In this document: positions 9,960 to 19,061 of the stretch, piece after piece
Layout: every line of letters starts with the position of its first letter
Position numbering within the stretch: position 1 is the first letter of the stretch
From: a virus
Lineage: Duplodnaviria > Caudoviricetes
Direction: 5' to 3' (one strand)
IMG/VR virus record: IMGVR_UViG_3300029915_001170
Location: 1 to 64,000 of that record
Length of the DNA stretch: 64,000 nt
Made by a program: the position numbers and the translations under genes
The notes under the pieces: generated by a model
What the model saw: only the letters and a program-made list of their open reading frames with translations
The model's database searches: none
Told to the model about the DNA's origin: nothing

Positions 9960-10684
9960 AGCGTACCTTTCTGAACGACAGACAAAAGCCTGCTTATCTT
10001 ACCGTCTAACTGGCTATTTCCAAACCAACAAATATCATACTCCCCGCCGATTACCCAGTTGTGCGGATTTGCCCAAAATTTTACAAGTGAATATTGGCTG
10101 TTATCAGCCGTAACCGTTGCTGTAATATCACTTTCCTTAATAAAAGAACAAGAACAACCCACAACCGGCTGCATTATAGCAATTTTGATTCGGAGCTTAT
10201 TTGTAAGCTGATCAGGAAATAAAACGCTTAACGGCACACTTTTTTCGAGTAACTCATCGTAAGCTCGTTCATTAGATTCCTGCTCCATACGAGCATAATA
10301 CATATTCGGCAAAGACGCGATTAAGGCTAATGTTTTATCTCCCAATGGAATCTCAGTGAGTGTAGCGGCCGTGATCGCAGCTCGAATAAACTTACCGGCA
10401 TTATCTGAAAACACCAGATGAATTAACGAGCAAAAATAATCACGAATAATTTTTCCTTGTTCAAAATCATCCTCGGACACATCCGTCATGCCAGATTTTA
10501 TAAAAATCCGCATTAATGCGATATTTGTTAATTTATTGCTATTATCTGGATCGAGTTTACCCCAGTTATAAGGATCATACATGGTAAGACTAAGATGCCG
10601 TTTGACATATGCCCCGTTAATTCTCTGGGCAGCAACCGCCGCTGCCCAGATAATATTGCACGAAATTAGGGTAGTATCACTCAT
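9956..10684 (-). CDS. Hypothetical phage protein
   Basis: 242-aa ORF with GGGAG RBS. Confidence 0.7.
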   Translation of the reverse strand: MSDTTLISCNIIWAAAVAAQRINGAYVKRHLSLTMYDPYNWGKLDPDNSNKLTNIALMRIFIKSGMTDVSEDDFEQGKIIRDYFCSLIHLVFSDNAGKFIRAAITAATLTEIPLGDKTLALIASLPNMYYARMEQESNERAYDELLEKSVPLSVLFPDQLTNKLRIKIAIMQPVVGCSCSFIKESDITATVTADNSQYSLVKFWANPHNWVIGGEYDICWFGNSQLDGKISRLLSVVQKGTL

Positions 10685-10704
10685 TGCACGCTCCCAGAAA
10701 ATAA

Positions 10705-10884
10705 TTAATCGAACAAAATTGCGCGGTCTGAATCCGGATCTCGGTAATTAATAGTACCGTCTGGCCGCATTAGAATATGCGCGCCGGTTCCATACAATGC
10801 GTGGGCTTCACCCACAGTAATTTCGGTTTGCTTTGCCTTTTCAAACTCGCTCTTTGCAACAACTACCAAATTCGACTTCTTCAT
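10705..10884 (-). CDS. Small hypothetical protein (MKKSNLVVAKSEFEK...), not in the ORF track
   Basis: Translated by hand; AAAGGG RBS and promoter immediately upstream. Confidence 0.6.
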   Translation of the reverse strand: MKKSNLVVVAKSEFEKAKQTEITVGEAHALYGTGAHILMRPDGTINYRDPDSDRAILFD

Positions 10885-10905
10885 AATGATTTCCCTTTCA
10901 ATTAC

Positions 10906-10934
10906 AGTGTATCAGGTTAACTAGTGGTTGTCAA
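10906..10934 (-). promoter_or_regulatory. Sigma70-type promoter
   Basis: TTGACA-17-TACACT. Confidence 0.75.
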
Positions 10935-11098
10935 TCAAAAGTTGGTTTGAACAAAAATTACCATCGCCAGCATAAAGCAGATAGTTCTATGGCTTATCTG
11001 ATCCGGCACTAAAATGAGAGAGGCGCACAATACAAAGGTACATACGAGTGTTAGCAATTTAATACTCAGTTTACCGGCCGAGCGCGACATAACAGGTT

Positions 11099-11392
11099 TC
11101 AAATTGTCGATCTTTTTGGCGTAACGAAAACTTCATTTACGTAAGGATAGCGATTAACCGCCATAACGTGCATTTGCAGAACAGCCTTCATCATGGCAGA
11201 AAGTTTTTCGCCGACAATATTAGTTGCGGCATCCCAATCCGATTCCTGGCGCAGCGGACCCGGGTGAAAATTCCAGGTGTTATTGTCACCTAGATACATA
11301 CCAGCACCGGTGGTAAAAATAATGAAATCTCCCGGGGTGAACATCGTGGCAAAACTACCGGATCCGTTATTTACATATTCTTGCAGTGTCAT
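11099..11392 (-). CDS. Hypothetical protein (start MTLQEYV)
   Basis: GAAAGGA RBS before the internal ATG. Confidence 0.6.
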   Translation of the reverse strand: MTLQEYVNNGSGSFATMFTPGDFIIFTTGAGMYLGDNNTWNFHPGPLRQESDWDAATNIVGEKLSAMMKAVLQMHVMAVNRYPYVNEVFVTPKRSTI

Positions 11393-11406
11393 CGATTTCC
11401 TTTCAA

Positions 11407-11709
11407 TTACAGCCTTGTGTAGAGCCCAGTTTCTTCTGTAAAAATACCTTGCAGTTGGCCGGCGTAGACCGGAGAAATATCCCGAACAATTTGTTGCTTG
11501 AAACCATTTTTCGTATGACGGCAATTATACATCACCATCCGATAAGTATCCGAGTGAGTGAGTTCAATTTCAACATGCGTGATTTTGTTGCAAGCCTTAG
11601 TAATTTTGAAAGTCAGGGAATTTCCACGCGAGATAAAATTTCTCGCACCGGTCATTCCCACAAATCGATTACCACCGAGTTGTTCAAAAATCGTAGTTGC
11701 AATGCTCAT
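11407..11709 (-). CDS. Conserved-looking early phage protein (IFEQLGGNRFVGMTGA)
   Basis: GAGGG RBS and promoter upstream. Confidence 0.7.
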   Translation of the reverse strand: MSIATTIFEQLGGNRFVGMTGARNFISRGNSLTFKITKACNKITHVEIELTHSDTYRMVMYNCRHTKNGFKQQIVRDISPVYAGQLQGIFTEETGLYTRL

Positions 11710-11729
11710 TCGTTTCCCTCACTGAAATA

Positions 11730-11758
11730 ATTATAGCAAATTCTGAATCCGATTGCAA
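11730..11758 (-). promoter_or_regulatory. Sigma70-type promoter with extended -10
   Basis: TTGCAA-17-TATAAT, with TGc before the -10. Confidence 0.75.
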
Positions 11759-11761
11759 TAT

Positions 11762-11938
11762 CTAGATCCTGTATTTGCTAAATTTTTCATTTAACAGATC
11801 TTCCGCGTCCCATTTAGTCGAAGACATAAATGGCGCATTTTGCGCGATTTCTAGCAGTTTGTCAAACTCACCCACGAGAAACTCGGGAATCGAATACATA
11901 TGAAAATCGTCGTCTTTGCGTTTGCAGGTAGCAGCCAT
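11762..11938 (-). CDS. Small hypothetical protein (MAATCKRKDDDF...), not in the ORF track
   Basis: AAGGAG RBS; promoter upstream. Confidence 0.65.
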   Translation of the reverse strand: MAATCKRKDDDFHMYSIPEFLVGEFDKLLEIAQNAPFMSSTKWDAEDLLNEKFSKYRI

Positions 11939-11964
11939 GTTTTACTCTCCTTACCAACAAATAT

Positions 11965-11993
11965 AGTATAACAAATCTCGGTATCGAATGCAA
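11965..11993 (-). promoter_or_regulatory. Sigma70-type promoter
   Basis: TTGCAT-17-TATACT, with TGt before the -10. Confidence 0.7.
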
Positions 11994-12236
11994 GAGAAGA
12001 ATGGGGAAAACCCAGAAAAAACTGATCCCTTGAAAACAAAGGACTTAAATCGCCCCAATATGCCCCTGCTATTTTAGCCATACCCAGCCACGTCTAGCCC
12101 CCTTAAAGGGCCATACGGCGTCATATTCGTGAAATCGGGCCTTTGTTTTCAACAACCTACAAAGCTACTTTTGGGGCCTGAAAAACGAAAAGCCGAGCTG
12201 AAATCAGCTCGGCTTTTGTAGTTGAGTAGAGGTAGT

Positions 12237-12470
12237 TTACGCGAAAAGTCGTGCCTTGGAACCCCATACGTCCCGTGAACTAATCCAATATTTGGTCCGA
12301 CCATCCGTGGTCTTATCTGTATTGACTTGCAGACCAAGCTGGCGAAGCTCTGAAATACGCGCACGTAAATTTAAAATGCCAAAATAAGAACGCGCCTGAC
12401 GAGAGGTGAGAGAGCGACTGGTTCCGCGCAAGAAATCGTGAAGGAAAGAATTTTGAGAATTTTGAGACAT
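12237..12470 (-). CDS. Small winged-helix DNA-binding protein
   Basis: LTSRQARSYFGILNLRARISELRQLG helix-turn-helix pattern plus wing; AGGAGA RBS. Confidence 0.7.
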   Translation of the reverse strand: MSQNSQNSFLHDFLRGTSRSLTSRQARSYFGILNLRARISELRQLGLQVNTDKTTDGRTKYWISSRDVWGSKARLFA

Positions 12471-12509
12471 ATGTTTCTCCTATTTCCGATAAATATATCG
12501 GGGGTTAAT

Positions 12510-12641
12510 ATGATTGAAATTTTGGTTATTTTGGTTTCTCTTGCAATAATTGGAATTTTGCTAATTCCTGAAAAAATTAATTTACTCTGCAGAATAAAAA
12601 AATTTTATTATTCGGCCCTAACTTCCACCCGCAAGGGATAA
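12510..12641 (+). CDS. Small single-TM protein
   Basis: MIEILVILVSLAIIGILLIP; ATAAATA motif upstream at 12489-12495. Confidence 0.4.
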   Translation: MIEILVILVSLAIIGILLIPEKINLLCRIKKFYYSALTSTRKG

Positions 12642-12919
12642 TTCTGAAGTTGAGCATCTCGTAAAACCAACTCGGTAAGATGTGTTGCAATTTCTTTGGT
12701 GAGATTTTCGGCGGCTACACCGGAGCCCGTTGTACTAATTTCCTCAGTTAATACCGCAGCCGATTCGATATCAAAATTAAAAATTCTAATTAAAGTTTCG
12801 GCAACAAACACCGCACTAGTTTTTTCATCGTTTAGATAAACAACCGAATATAATGTTGGTGGAATAACCTTGGTATTAATTTTTGTTCGAGTTACAACAT
12901 TAGCAGAAGATTCTGGCAT
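12608..12919 (-). CDS. clpS: ATP-dependent Clp protease adaptor ClpS
   Basis: PPTLYSVVYLNDEKTSAVFV...G.GVA...EIA...YPLRV. Confidence 0.85.
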   Translation of the reverse strand: MPESSANVVTRTKINTKVIPPTLYSVVYLNDEKTSAVFVAETLIRIFNFDIESAAVLTEEISTTGSGVAAENLTKEIATHLTELVLRDAQLQNYPLRVEVRAE

Positions 12920-12969
12920 TATTTTTCCTTTTGAGTTAATTAGTGGGTGTTGATTGCTGCAGAATGGTT

Positions 12970-13113
12970 CTAAAGATATTCAGGTAATTTGTATGCAAGC
13001 TGAATCATTAGTTTGCCGGCATGAAATTCCGCTGATAGTACAGAAATGTAATCACATAATCCAAATGCTGGGCCAAATACGAACCAGGCATCGGGTACAT
13101 AAATATTACTCAT
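12970..13113 (-). pseudogene. Remnant of a small heat-shock protein (Hsp20 C-terminal part)
   Basis: 47-aa ORF with FGLCDYISVLSAEFHAGKLMIQLAYKLPE, resembling the alpha-crystallin C-terminus; AAGGAG RBS; lies between clpX and clpS. Confidence 0.5.
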
Positions 13114-13204
13114 TCTGCTTCTCCTTTTCAAGCGAGTGTTTTAATTTGACCTCGTAAGCATCAATGTAAGTATATTATTATATTAATTTGTTTTTATATA
13201 TTTG

Positions 13205-14461
13205 TCAAGACTTTTTTAATTTATTTTCGTATAATTCAATTTTTGGTGCGGTGTTATTAACAATACAGTTTTCATCAAAAATCATTTTATTAATATTACG
13301 AGTTTTATATTCCGGAATCAAATACATATGTTCTTGAATCACAGATTCGCATAAAGTACGAAGGCCTCGCGCTCCTGTCTTTTCTTTTTTTGCTAGTTCA
13401 GCAATTTTATGAATGAACCCGGGAGTAAAATCTAATTCGATGCCGTCAATATTAAAATAAAATTTAAATTCATTGAGAATGTTATTATCTAATACTGATA
13501 AAATTTTAACTAACTCGTCAATCGATAATTCCGTTGTTCTTGTTTTAAGAGGAAAGCGGCCAATAAATTCGGGTATAATACCAAAATTAATAAAGTCTTC
13601 GGTTGTATATTTAGAACCTAAATCTGTTGACGGAGTGACCGTATCTAAAAATCCCAACCCCTGTTTTGTTTTCATCCGTGACTTAACAATTTCATTCATT
13701 CCAAAAAATGCGCCGCCACAAATAAATAAAATGTTTTTTGTATTGACTTCAATCATTTGCGGCAATGTAGGCCGCTTTGAAGTTCCATTAAGAGGAATTC
13801 TAATAATTGATCCCTCCACCAGTTTTAATAGCGCCGATTGCACACCGGATACTCGATTATCGCTTGTTGACGTCCTATTTTTCCCTGTTGCAATTTTATC
13901 AATTTCATCTATAAATACAATTCCGCATTCGGCCTTATCGATATCTCCATCGGCTTCGATTACTAATCTAGAAATAATAGTATCTACATTTTCGCCAATA
14001 TACCCAGCTTCGGTTAAGGTAGTTGCATCTACTGTAATAAACGGAACATTAAGAAAATGAGCAATAGATCCAATGAGTAGACTTTTCCCGCTGCCGCTGG
14101 GACCGGTAATAATAAGATTGCTCTTGTTAATAATCGCGGATGAATTTTCACTATATAGCATTCGCTTATAATGATTTGCCACGCTTACACTAAGCGCAAT
14201 TTTAGCCGGTTCTTGCCCAACTACAAATTTATCTAAATATTGCCGAATTAAAATAGGATTTAGAAGCTCGTTTTCGATTACTGCCGCCGGTTCGACATCT
14301 GGGTTAATGGTATGAATCAAACTACTACATCGCTGAATGCAAGAATCGCATATAAAAAAATCACCGGTGCCGACCAACTTAACGCTTTCGGCTCTACTTT
14401 TACCACAAAATATGCAATTTGATTGTTCGTCGGATTTACAACTAGAAGTTTTTTTAGTCAT
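13205..14461 (-). CDS. clpX: ClpX ATPase
   Basis: C4 zinc finger CIFCG..CDSC, Walker A GPSGSGKS, DATTLTEAGYIGE, Walker B FIDEIDK, LGF loop, TGARGLR. Confidence 0.95.
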   Translation of the reverse strand: MTKKTSSCKSDEQSNCIFCGKSRAESVKLVGTGDFFICDSCIQRCSSLIHTINPDVEPAAVIENELLNPILIRQYLDKFVVGQEPAKIALSVSVANHYKRMLYSENSSAIINKSNLIITGPSGSGKSLLIGSIAHFLNVPFITVDATTLTEAGYIGENVDTIISRLVIEADGDIDKAECGIVFIDEIDKIATGKNRTSTSDNRVSGVQSALLKLVEGSIIRIPLNGTSKRPTLPQMIEVNTKNILFICGGAFFGMNEIVKSRMKTKQGLGFLDTVTPSTDLGSKYTTEDFINFGIIPEFIGRFPLKTRTTELSIDELVKILSVLDNNILNEFKFYFNIDGIELDFTPGFIHKIAELAKKEKTGARGLRTLCESVIQEHMYLIPEYKTRNINKMIFDENCIVNNTAPKIELYENKLKKS

Positions 14462-14464
14462 GAT

Positions 14465-14644
14465 TTAGAATTGATTAAATAGTTTCCTAAAAGATAAGAT
14501 GTTGTTTTTATTAGCGAAATATAGCCAGGTTATGGCCGCCCCGCTAAGAAGAAAGATTAGCAAAATATAATGGTTCGAAGATTCACACAAGAAAGATACT
14601 AGGAGAAAAAGTGAAATAGGTAGGTGTCTAAAAATTGTTATCAT
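14465..14644 (-). CDS. Small two-TM membrane protein, not in the ORF track
   Basis: MITIFRHLPISLFLLVSFLC...ILLIFLLSGAAITWLYF; CATAAATA upstream. Confidence 0.45.
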   Translation of the reverse strand: MITIFRHLPISLFLLVSFLCESSNHYILLIFLLSGAAITWLYFANKNNILSFRKLFNQF

Positions 14645-14695
14645 TGGTTAACGGTCTCGCATTTAAACTCAGTCTACTTACACTGTTATTTATGC

Positions 14696-15127
14696 CTACT
14701 CTTTAAAATGGCTATTCCATGAATATCTACATACTTTCCTAAAAATCGATAATGATATGAATTTACTTTGGTTAACAGCTATAATACCTATGCACTTTGC
14801 TTTAGGTGAAAATTTTTTAACGGCCTTAACAATTTCACATACGGTATTGCCGGAATCAATAAAATCATCTACAATAATATATCTTTTTGAATTGGAAAAT
14901 CCTTCAACGAGAGAGCCGCTGTGATTTTTATCGCCCTCTTTTCGAACCATAATAAGATTTTTCTTCATTCTAACGGCCAAGGTCGGTGCGCATAAGGCGC
15001 CACTCATACCGCGAAAGGCAATCGAATCAAAAATAAGAGGTAGCACTATTTTCTTTGATGATACCAATTTTGTGTTAAGACTTTTTGGGTCCAAATAGGA
15101 ATAAAGATATTGTGATTTAATCGACAT
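14696..15127 (-). CDS. Type I phosphoribosyltransferase-fold protein
   Basis: PRPP-binding motif IIVDDFIDSGNT; RGMSG; VRK. Confidence 0.85.
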   Translation of the reverse strand: MSIKSQYLYSYLDPKSLNTKLVSSKKIVLPLIFDSIAFRGMSGALCAPTLAVRMKKNLIMVRKEGDKNHSGSLVEGFSNSKRYIIVDDFIDSGNTVCEIVKAVKKFSPKAKCIGIIAVNQSKFISLSIFRKVCRYSWNSHFKE

Positions 15128-15146
15128 TTCTAATCCGTCCTAGGTC

Positions 15147-15899
15147 TTAGAGCCTGATTAAAATTGCAGTTGCATTGTCGTGGGAGCCAGCGCTAATCGC
15201 AGACTGAATTACATCATCGGCGGTTACCGAGTTTACATCAATAAGAGTAGCTAGATTATTAACTAATTGGTCGGTATTTTTATGACCCGGATCTAAGATG
15301 CCATCGGTGCCGCATAAAACCCAACTATTTTTAGCCAATGAAATTCTAAAAACTTCTGGTTCACGATTAAGAACAACATCCAAATCACGATCACCCAATG
15401 CTCTGCTCATCTGAAGTCCACCGCCATCTAGATTCCGAGCATCGAATAAATAGCCGTCAACAATTATACCGTCTTCACTGGCAGTAGCAGCGGCCGCTTC
15501 CGCAGCATTAGACCGTACGTTATGTTCTGGTGCGACCCAGATTTTACCATCCGCATCCTTAATAATTACAGGGCTATCGCCAATTACAGCGACGTTTGCA
15601 AATTTTTGTTTTTCGTTTAAGTGAACAATAGAAGCGGTAGTGCCTGTATATGAATGTCTTAGGTCGAAATTCAAAATATGAATTACTTCGGAAAGAATAT
15701 CTAATCCCGCAAAATTTGACCCAAACAAAAGTTCTCGAAAAATACGAGAACAATTTGCGGCAGCATACTCTGCCGCAATTTCTCCCCCGTGGCCGTCAAA
15801 CACTCCGAAAAATACATTTGAACTATCAAGATGATCAATAAAAAATCTATCCTCTTGATGCAATCTACGATTTTGTTTGGTATCTACTGTCATCTTCAT
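15147..15899 (-). CDS. PP2C-family Ser/Thr phosphatase
   Basis: RLHQED, GVFDGHGG, GTTA, IGDS, SRALGD, TDG, HDNATA. Confidence 0.92.
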   Translation of the reverse strand: MKMTVDTKQNRRLHQEDRFFIDHLDSSNVFFGVFDGHGGEIAAEYAAANCSRIFRELLFGSNFAGLDILSEVIHILNFDLRHSYTGTTASIVHLNEKQKFANVAVIGDSPVIIKDADGKIWVAPEHNVRSNAAEAAAATASEDGIIVDGYLFDARNLDGGGLQMSRALGDRDLDVVLNREPEVFRISLAKNSWVLCGTDGILDPGHKNTDQLVNNLATLIDVNSVTADDVIQSAISAGSHDNATAILIRL

Positions 15900-16033
15900 T
15901 GTTCTACAATCCCTTTTATATCGTTGCTTGTTATAATTTCTACTGTTAACCGAAGATGTTCTTAAAAATAAGGTAGGAAAATCTACCTAAGATATCCGGC
16001 CAAGAGAACCCAACTATAATTGAGTATAGAAAT

Positions 16034-16315
16034 CTACGCCGAAAAACTGATAATCATTAATAAATCTTCGGGATTGGGAATTTCGTGATAATGCTTCTTT
16101 TCTTTCTTTTGCCTAACAAATTCATCAAAAATATCTTCGGCTTCGTATTTGGATACCGGATTTTCGGTTTTTGTACCAAATTTTAGTGTTTTCCCTCGGC
16201 GGCCGTATTCAAATTGAACAAGATATTTTCCATTTTCCACCGAAACGAGTTGAAGATAATATACCTTATCGGATGTTCCAATATTATTGTGTAGACTAAC
16301 CGCTTTTACAATCAT
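16034..16315 (-). CDS. WGR-domain protein
   Basis: SDKVY...YGRRG...A..F...K..K.Y. Confidence 0.8.
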   Translation of the reverse strand: MIVKAVSLHNNIGTSDKVYYLQLVSVENGKYLVQFEYGRRGKTLKFGTKTENPVSKYEAEDIFDEFVRQKKEKKHYHEIPNPEDLLMIISFSA

Positions 16316-16335
16316 AATATCCTTTCACTGATATT

Positions 16336-16363
16336 ATTATACAGCAAAAATATGGGTTGTCAA
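16336..16363 (-). promoter_or_regulatory. Sigma70-type promoter
   Basis: TTGACA-16-TATAAT. Confidence 0.7.
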
Positions 16364-16511
16364 TAGCGATTCCAAAAATAAAATGCGATCCAAATTAAAT
16401 ATGGAATTACATAGGACCAAACCGACCAATGTAAATTTAAAAAATTGTTCGAAAAGATAATTATCGCACAATTAATGGTTGCAAACAATAGATACCGAAT
16501 CACGGCATTCC

Positions 16512-16733
16512 TTATTGCAAGCCCAGCGATAAAATTGCGTCGTCGGCGAGGCCCGCTAGAACATCTCCCCAAAATTGCACTGCATCTTTAAGAAACCATT
16601 CCCACATAAAACCTAGTTGAATCCAGTCCGAATTAATCGGAAAGTCGATTACGTTAAAGGCTCGCAGCCCCAGTACTACTACGGTGATCATCGACGCGAT
16701 TAGTAGTTGAATTCGTAACATTTTTGCAGTCAT
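16512..16733 (-). CDS. Small membrane protein
   Basis: N-terminal hydrophobic helix; AAGGA RBS. Confidence 0.55.
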   Translation of the reverse strand: MTAKMLRIQLLIASMITVVVLGLRAFNVIDFPINSDWIQLGFMWEWFLKDAVQFWGDVLAGLADDAILSLGLQ

Positions 16734-16741
16734 ATTTTCCT

Positions 16742-16963
16742 TTATTCTGATAAGACTAAAAGTAGAGATTCGTCTTTGGTTAATTTTCTGATTATTTCTG
16801 TGGACATAATCATACCCTTGCCTGTTAATGAGTCAAGAGTTGCGACGTAAGAATAGCATTCATACGCTTTCCGGCCATCATACACCGTGTTTTTCAATAT
16901 TCTAGCAACTCCGGTGTATCGAGACCAGTTAAATTCAATGAAATCGCCTATGCTGTATTCCAT
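16742..16963 (-). CDS. Small SH3-like hypothetical protein, ends LLLVLSE
   Basis: IGDFIEF...G.ARI pattern; coupled start/stop. Confidence 0.55.
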   Translation of the reverse strand: MEYSIGDFIEFNWSRYTGVARILKNTVYDGRKAYECYSYVATLDSLTGKGMIMSTEIIRKLTKDESLLLVLSE

Positions 16964-17241
16964 TATTGCTCCAATTCGTAAAGTAAGGCGTCATCCGGCA
17001 GCAGGCTTGCAATCGTATGCCAATGATCACCTAAAAATTCTTCAATTCGAACATATCGTTTTAACCAAGCAGTACCTAGATGTTCAAAATGCAATTCACA
17101 ATAGTTTGTCCCAACTAATTTTTTAAGTGACACTGGAAATAGTGCAATTTTTAATGTTGCACGTCTATGTGGGCTGTCTTTTTTGTAATATTTGCAAATC
17201 AGAACACTGAGTTCGTTAAGGCGTTCGGTAATATCCGGCAC
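16963..17241 (-). CDS. Hypothetical protein
   Basis: Coupled ORF in the operon. Confidence 0.55.
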   Translation of the reverse strand: MPDITERLNELSVLICKYYKKDSPHRRATLKIALFPVSLKKLVGTNYCELHFEHLGTAWLKRYVRIEEFLGDHWHTIASLLPDDALLYELEQ

Positions 17242-17855
17242 TAGTTTATTCCAGTTAGCATTTCTCGAATTAATTCGATTTGAATTTGCAGAACATGCTT
17301 GATATTTTGATACGCTGCTTCCTGTTCAGGAAAATTATTTCGTGCAACGTGCAGCATTGGAAGAATATAGGTTTCGGTTTCTTCGATATATGACTGTTGC
17401 TTCTCGAGTGAAAAGACCCCGTGCATCGATTGGTGATTATGCATCCGATCGATGCCTTTTGCGATACTTGCAATCGGATCGTAAGCCATAGCAGAATAAT
17501 ATACATGTAGTGGTTTTTTAACGCCGGAAACTTGATTGGTCATTAGCTCCGTGCTATACGCAATTCGAGAGCCGAACATTTCAGTAATAGTAGAAATGCT
17601 CACATCATAATCTTCGCATACATCATGTAACCAAATCGTTGCTAGGGTTTCTTCAGGAAAAGCATATTGATCGATCAGAGTACGCGCAAAATTTGCTTGC
17701 GATACCTGATGCTGAAATTCTGGGGTGACGGTATCTTTGCGTAATCCCGTGTGTTTGCTCTGAGCAAAATTCATGGCTCGAAGAGCAACATGATATCCAT
17801 GACCCAATTGCCAATATCGCATTGCGATCCGAATCTTTTCAAAATCTTGATGCAT
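17241..17855 (-). CDS. RelA/SpoT-type HD hydrolase (small alarmone hydrolase/Mesh1-like)
   Basis: FAQSKHTGLRKD..TPEFQH, WLHDVCED, KGIDRMHN. Confidence 0.8.
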   Translation of the reverse strand: MHQDFEKIRIAMRYWQLGHGYHVALRAMNFAQSKHTGLRKDTVTPEFQHQVSQANFARTLIDQYAFPEETLATIWLHDVCEDYDVSISTITEMFGSRIAYSTELMTNQVSGVKKPLHVYYSAMAYDPIASIAKGIDRMHNHQSMHGVFSLEKQQSYIEETETYILPMLHVARNNFPEQEAAYQNIKHVLQIQIELIREMLTGIN

Positions 17856-17956
17856 TTAATGCCGCTTTCTCATCTACAAATATAGTATATCATTTTCTTT
17901 GACGAAAGTCTAGTCTATTTTCAAAGTGTACTACAATATTTCAGTACGGGTTACCT

Positions 17957-18739
17957 CTAGTAAAGAAAATCCGCCGTCTCCGGAAAATATCTTCGATAAA
18001 AATCAGAGTGCACTTTAATTAAAAAGGCTTTACTATCGAACCACACTTCCCTGTTTTCTTTTGGTAAGTGCGATATTGTTGTCAGTTTGAATCCTCCGCT
18101 CTTGGGCCGCAAATATAAACTTAAAAGGGAGATAACATCCGATTCGGTGCTGCAAGAGGCTAAATCTTGGGCAAATTTAGGTGTAAATCTCCACGTCCAA
18201 CCATTACCTAGATGTTTTCTTTTATAAAAAATTTCTGATATTAGTTTTTTATATGTATCGCCAGAAATATTTTTGAGTTGTAAAAAGGAAGCAAACATCT
18301 CTATTGTATTGTTTCCCAAATTCTTATAAAATGTGTCCCACATATCCGAACCGGAACATACTCCGATTTTTGCTCCATCAAACGGCAAAACAAGATATGC
18401 ATTTCCGTAGCCGGAAGCATACCTTAGGCTAGTTGTCGCGATAATACTTTGATTTCTTTTTGGATATGAGGCCCAGCTCGGAAGATTACTGAATAACAAC
18501 GTATATTGATTGGTTGTATTCGCGCTCTTTCGAATTACTCGTTTCGGATCAGTAATTAGTACCGAAGATTCATACGAGAATTTATAGTCGAAGCCTTTAT
18601 ATATCGCGTGACCTTTTTTAAGCGCGGCCAACGCCTCTGGTGCAAATTTTATTATATTTGTATAAAGAGTTTTATCCTGCTTTCGAAAGAATTCTTTGGT
18701 GCGGGTATCGTTCTCTAAAATAATCTCATTTGTTTTCAT
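17957..18739 (-). CDS. Putative late, head-packaged protein, possibly ADP-ribosyltransferase-like
   Basis: MKTNEIILE N-terminus; TATAAATA directly upstream; IYKG...ATTS...ASGYG...REVW pattern. Confidence 0.5.
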   Translation of the reverse strand: MKTNEIILENDTRTKEFFRKQDKTLYTNIIKFAPEALAALKKGHAIYKGFDYKFSYESSVLITDPKRVIRKSANTTNQYTLLFSNLPSWASYPKRNQSIIATTSLRYASGYGNAYLVLPFDGAKIGVCSGSDMWDTFYKNLGNNTIEMFASFLQLKNISGDTYKKLISEIFYKRKHLGNGWTWRFTPKFAQDLASCSTESDVISLLSLYLRPKSGGFKLTTISHLPKENREVWFDSKAFLIKVHSDFYRRYFPETADFLY

Positions 18740-18744
18740 GTATA

Positions 18745-18752
18745 TATTTATA
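18745..18752 (-). promoter_or_regulatory. T4-type late promoter TATAAATA
   Basis: Exact match 5 nt upstream of the ATG at 18739; no SD. Confidence 0.6.
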
Positions 18753-18757
18753 TGCTT

Positions 18758-18952
18758 TTATCGATTCACATGTTCCCGAGAATTTAACAATTTCTTAAGT
18801 TTCCCTACATATTCGATATCTAGCTTTACAGTCTTTGGGCTATATCCCCAGCCATCACGGTAATAATATAATTCTACCCGGCGGGCCTTGTATAGAGCAA
18901 GTAATCTTGGGGTTGGCAATGCAGCTAATTGTTCATCGGATAAAATAATCAT
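18758..18952 (-). CDS. Small hypothetical protein
   Basis: GAGGA RBS. Confidence 0.6.
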   Translation of the reverse strand: MIILSDEQLAALPTPRLLALYKARRVELYYYRDGWGYSPKTVKLDIEYVGKLKKLLNSREHVNR

Positions 18953-18965
18953 AGAATCCTCTCAT

Positions 18966-19061
18966 TCAATTTGATAATTTGTCGATTACCGCAGTATTAT
19001 ATCGGCTAATAGAAATGCATGCCCACTGGATAGGCTTACTTTTCGCTCGATAAATTATCAT
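18966..19061 (-). CDS. 31-aa ORF or gene remnant ending VIDKLSN
   Basis: Translated by hand; same C-terminal motif as the KLSE family. Confidence 0.35.
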   Translation of the reverse strand: MIIYRAKSKPIQWACISISRYNTAVIDKLSN

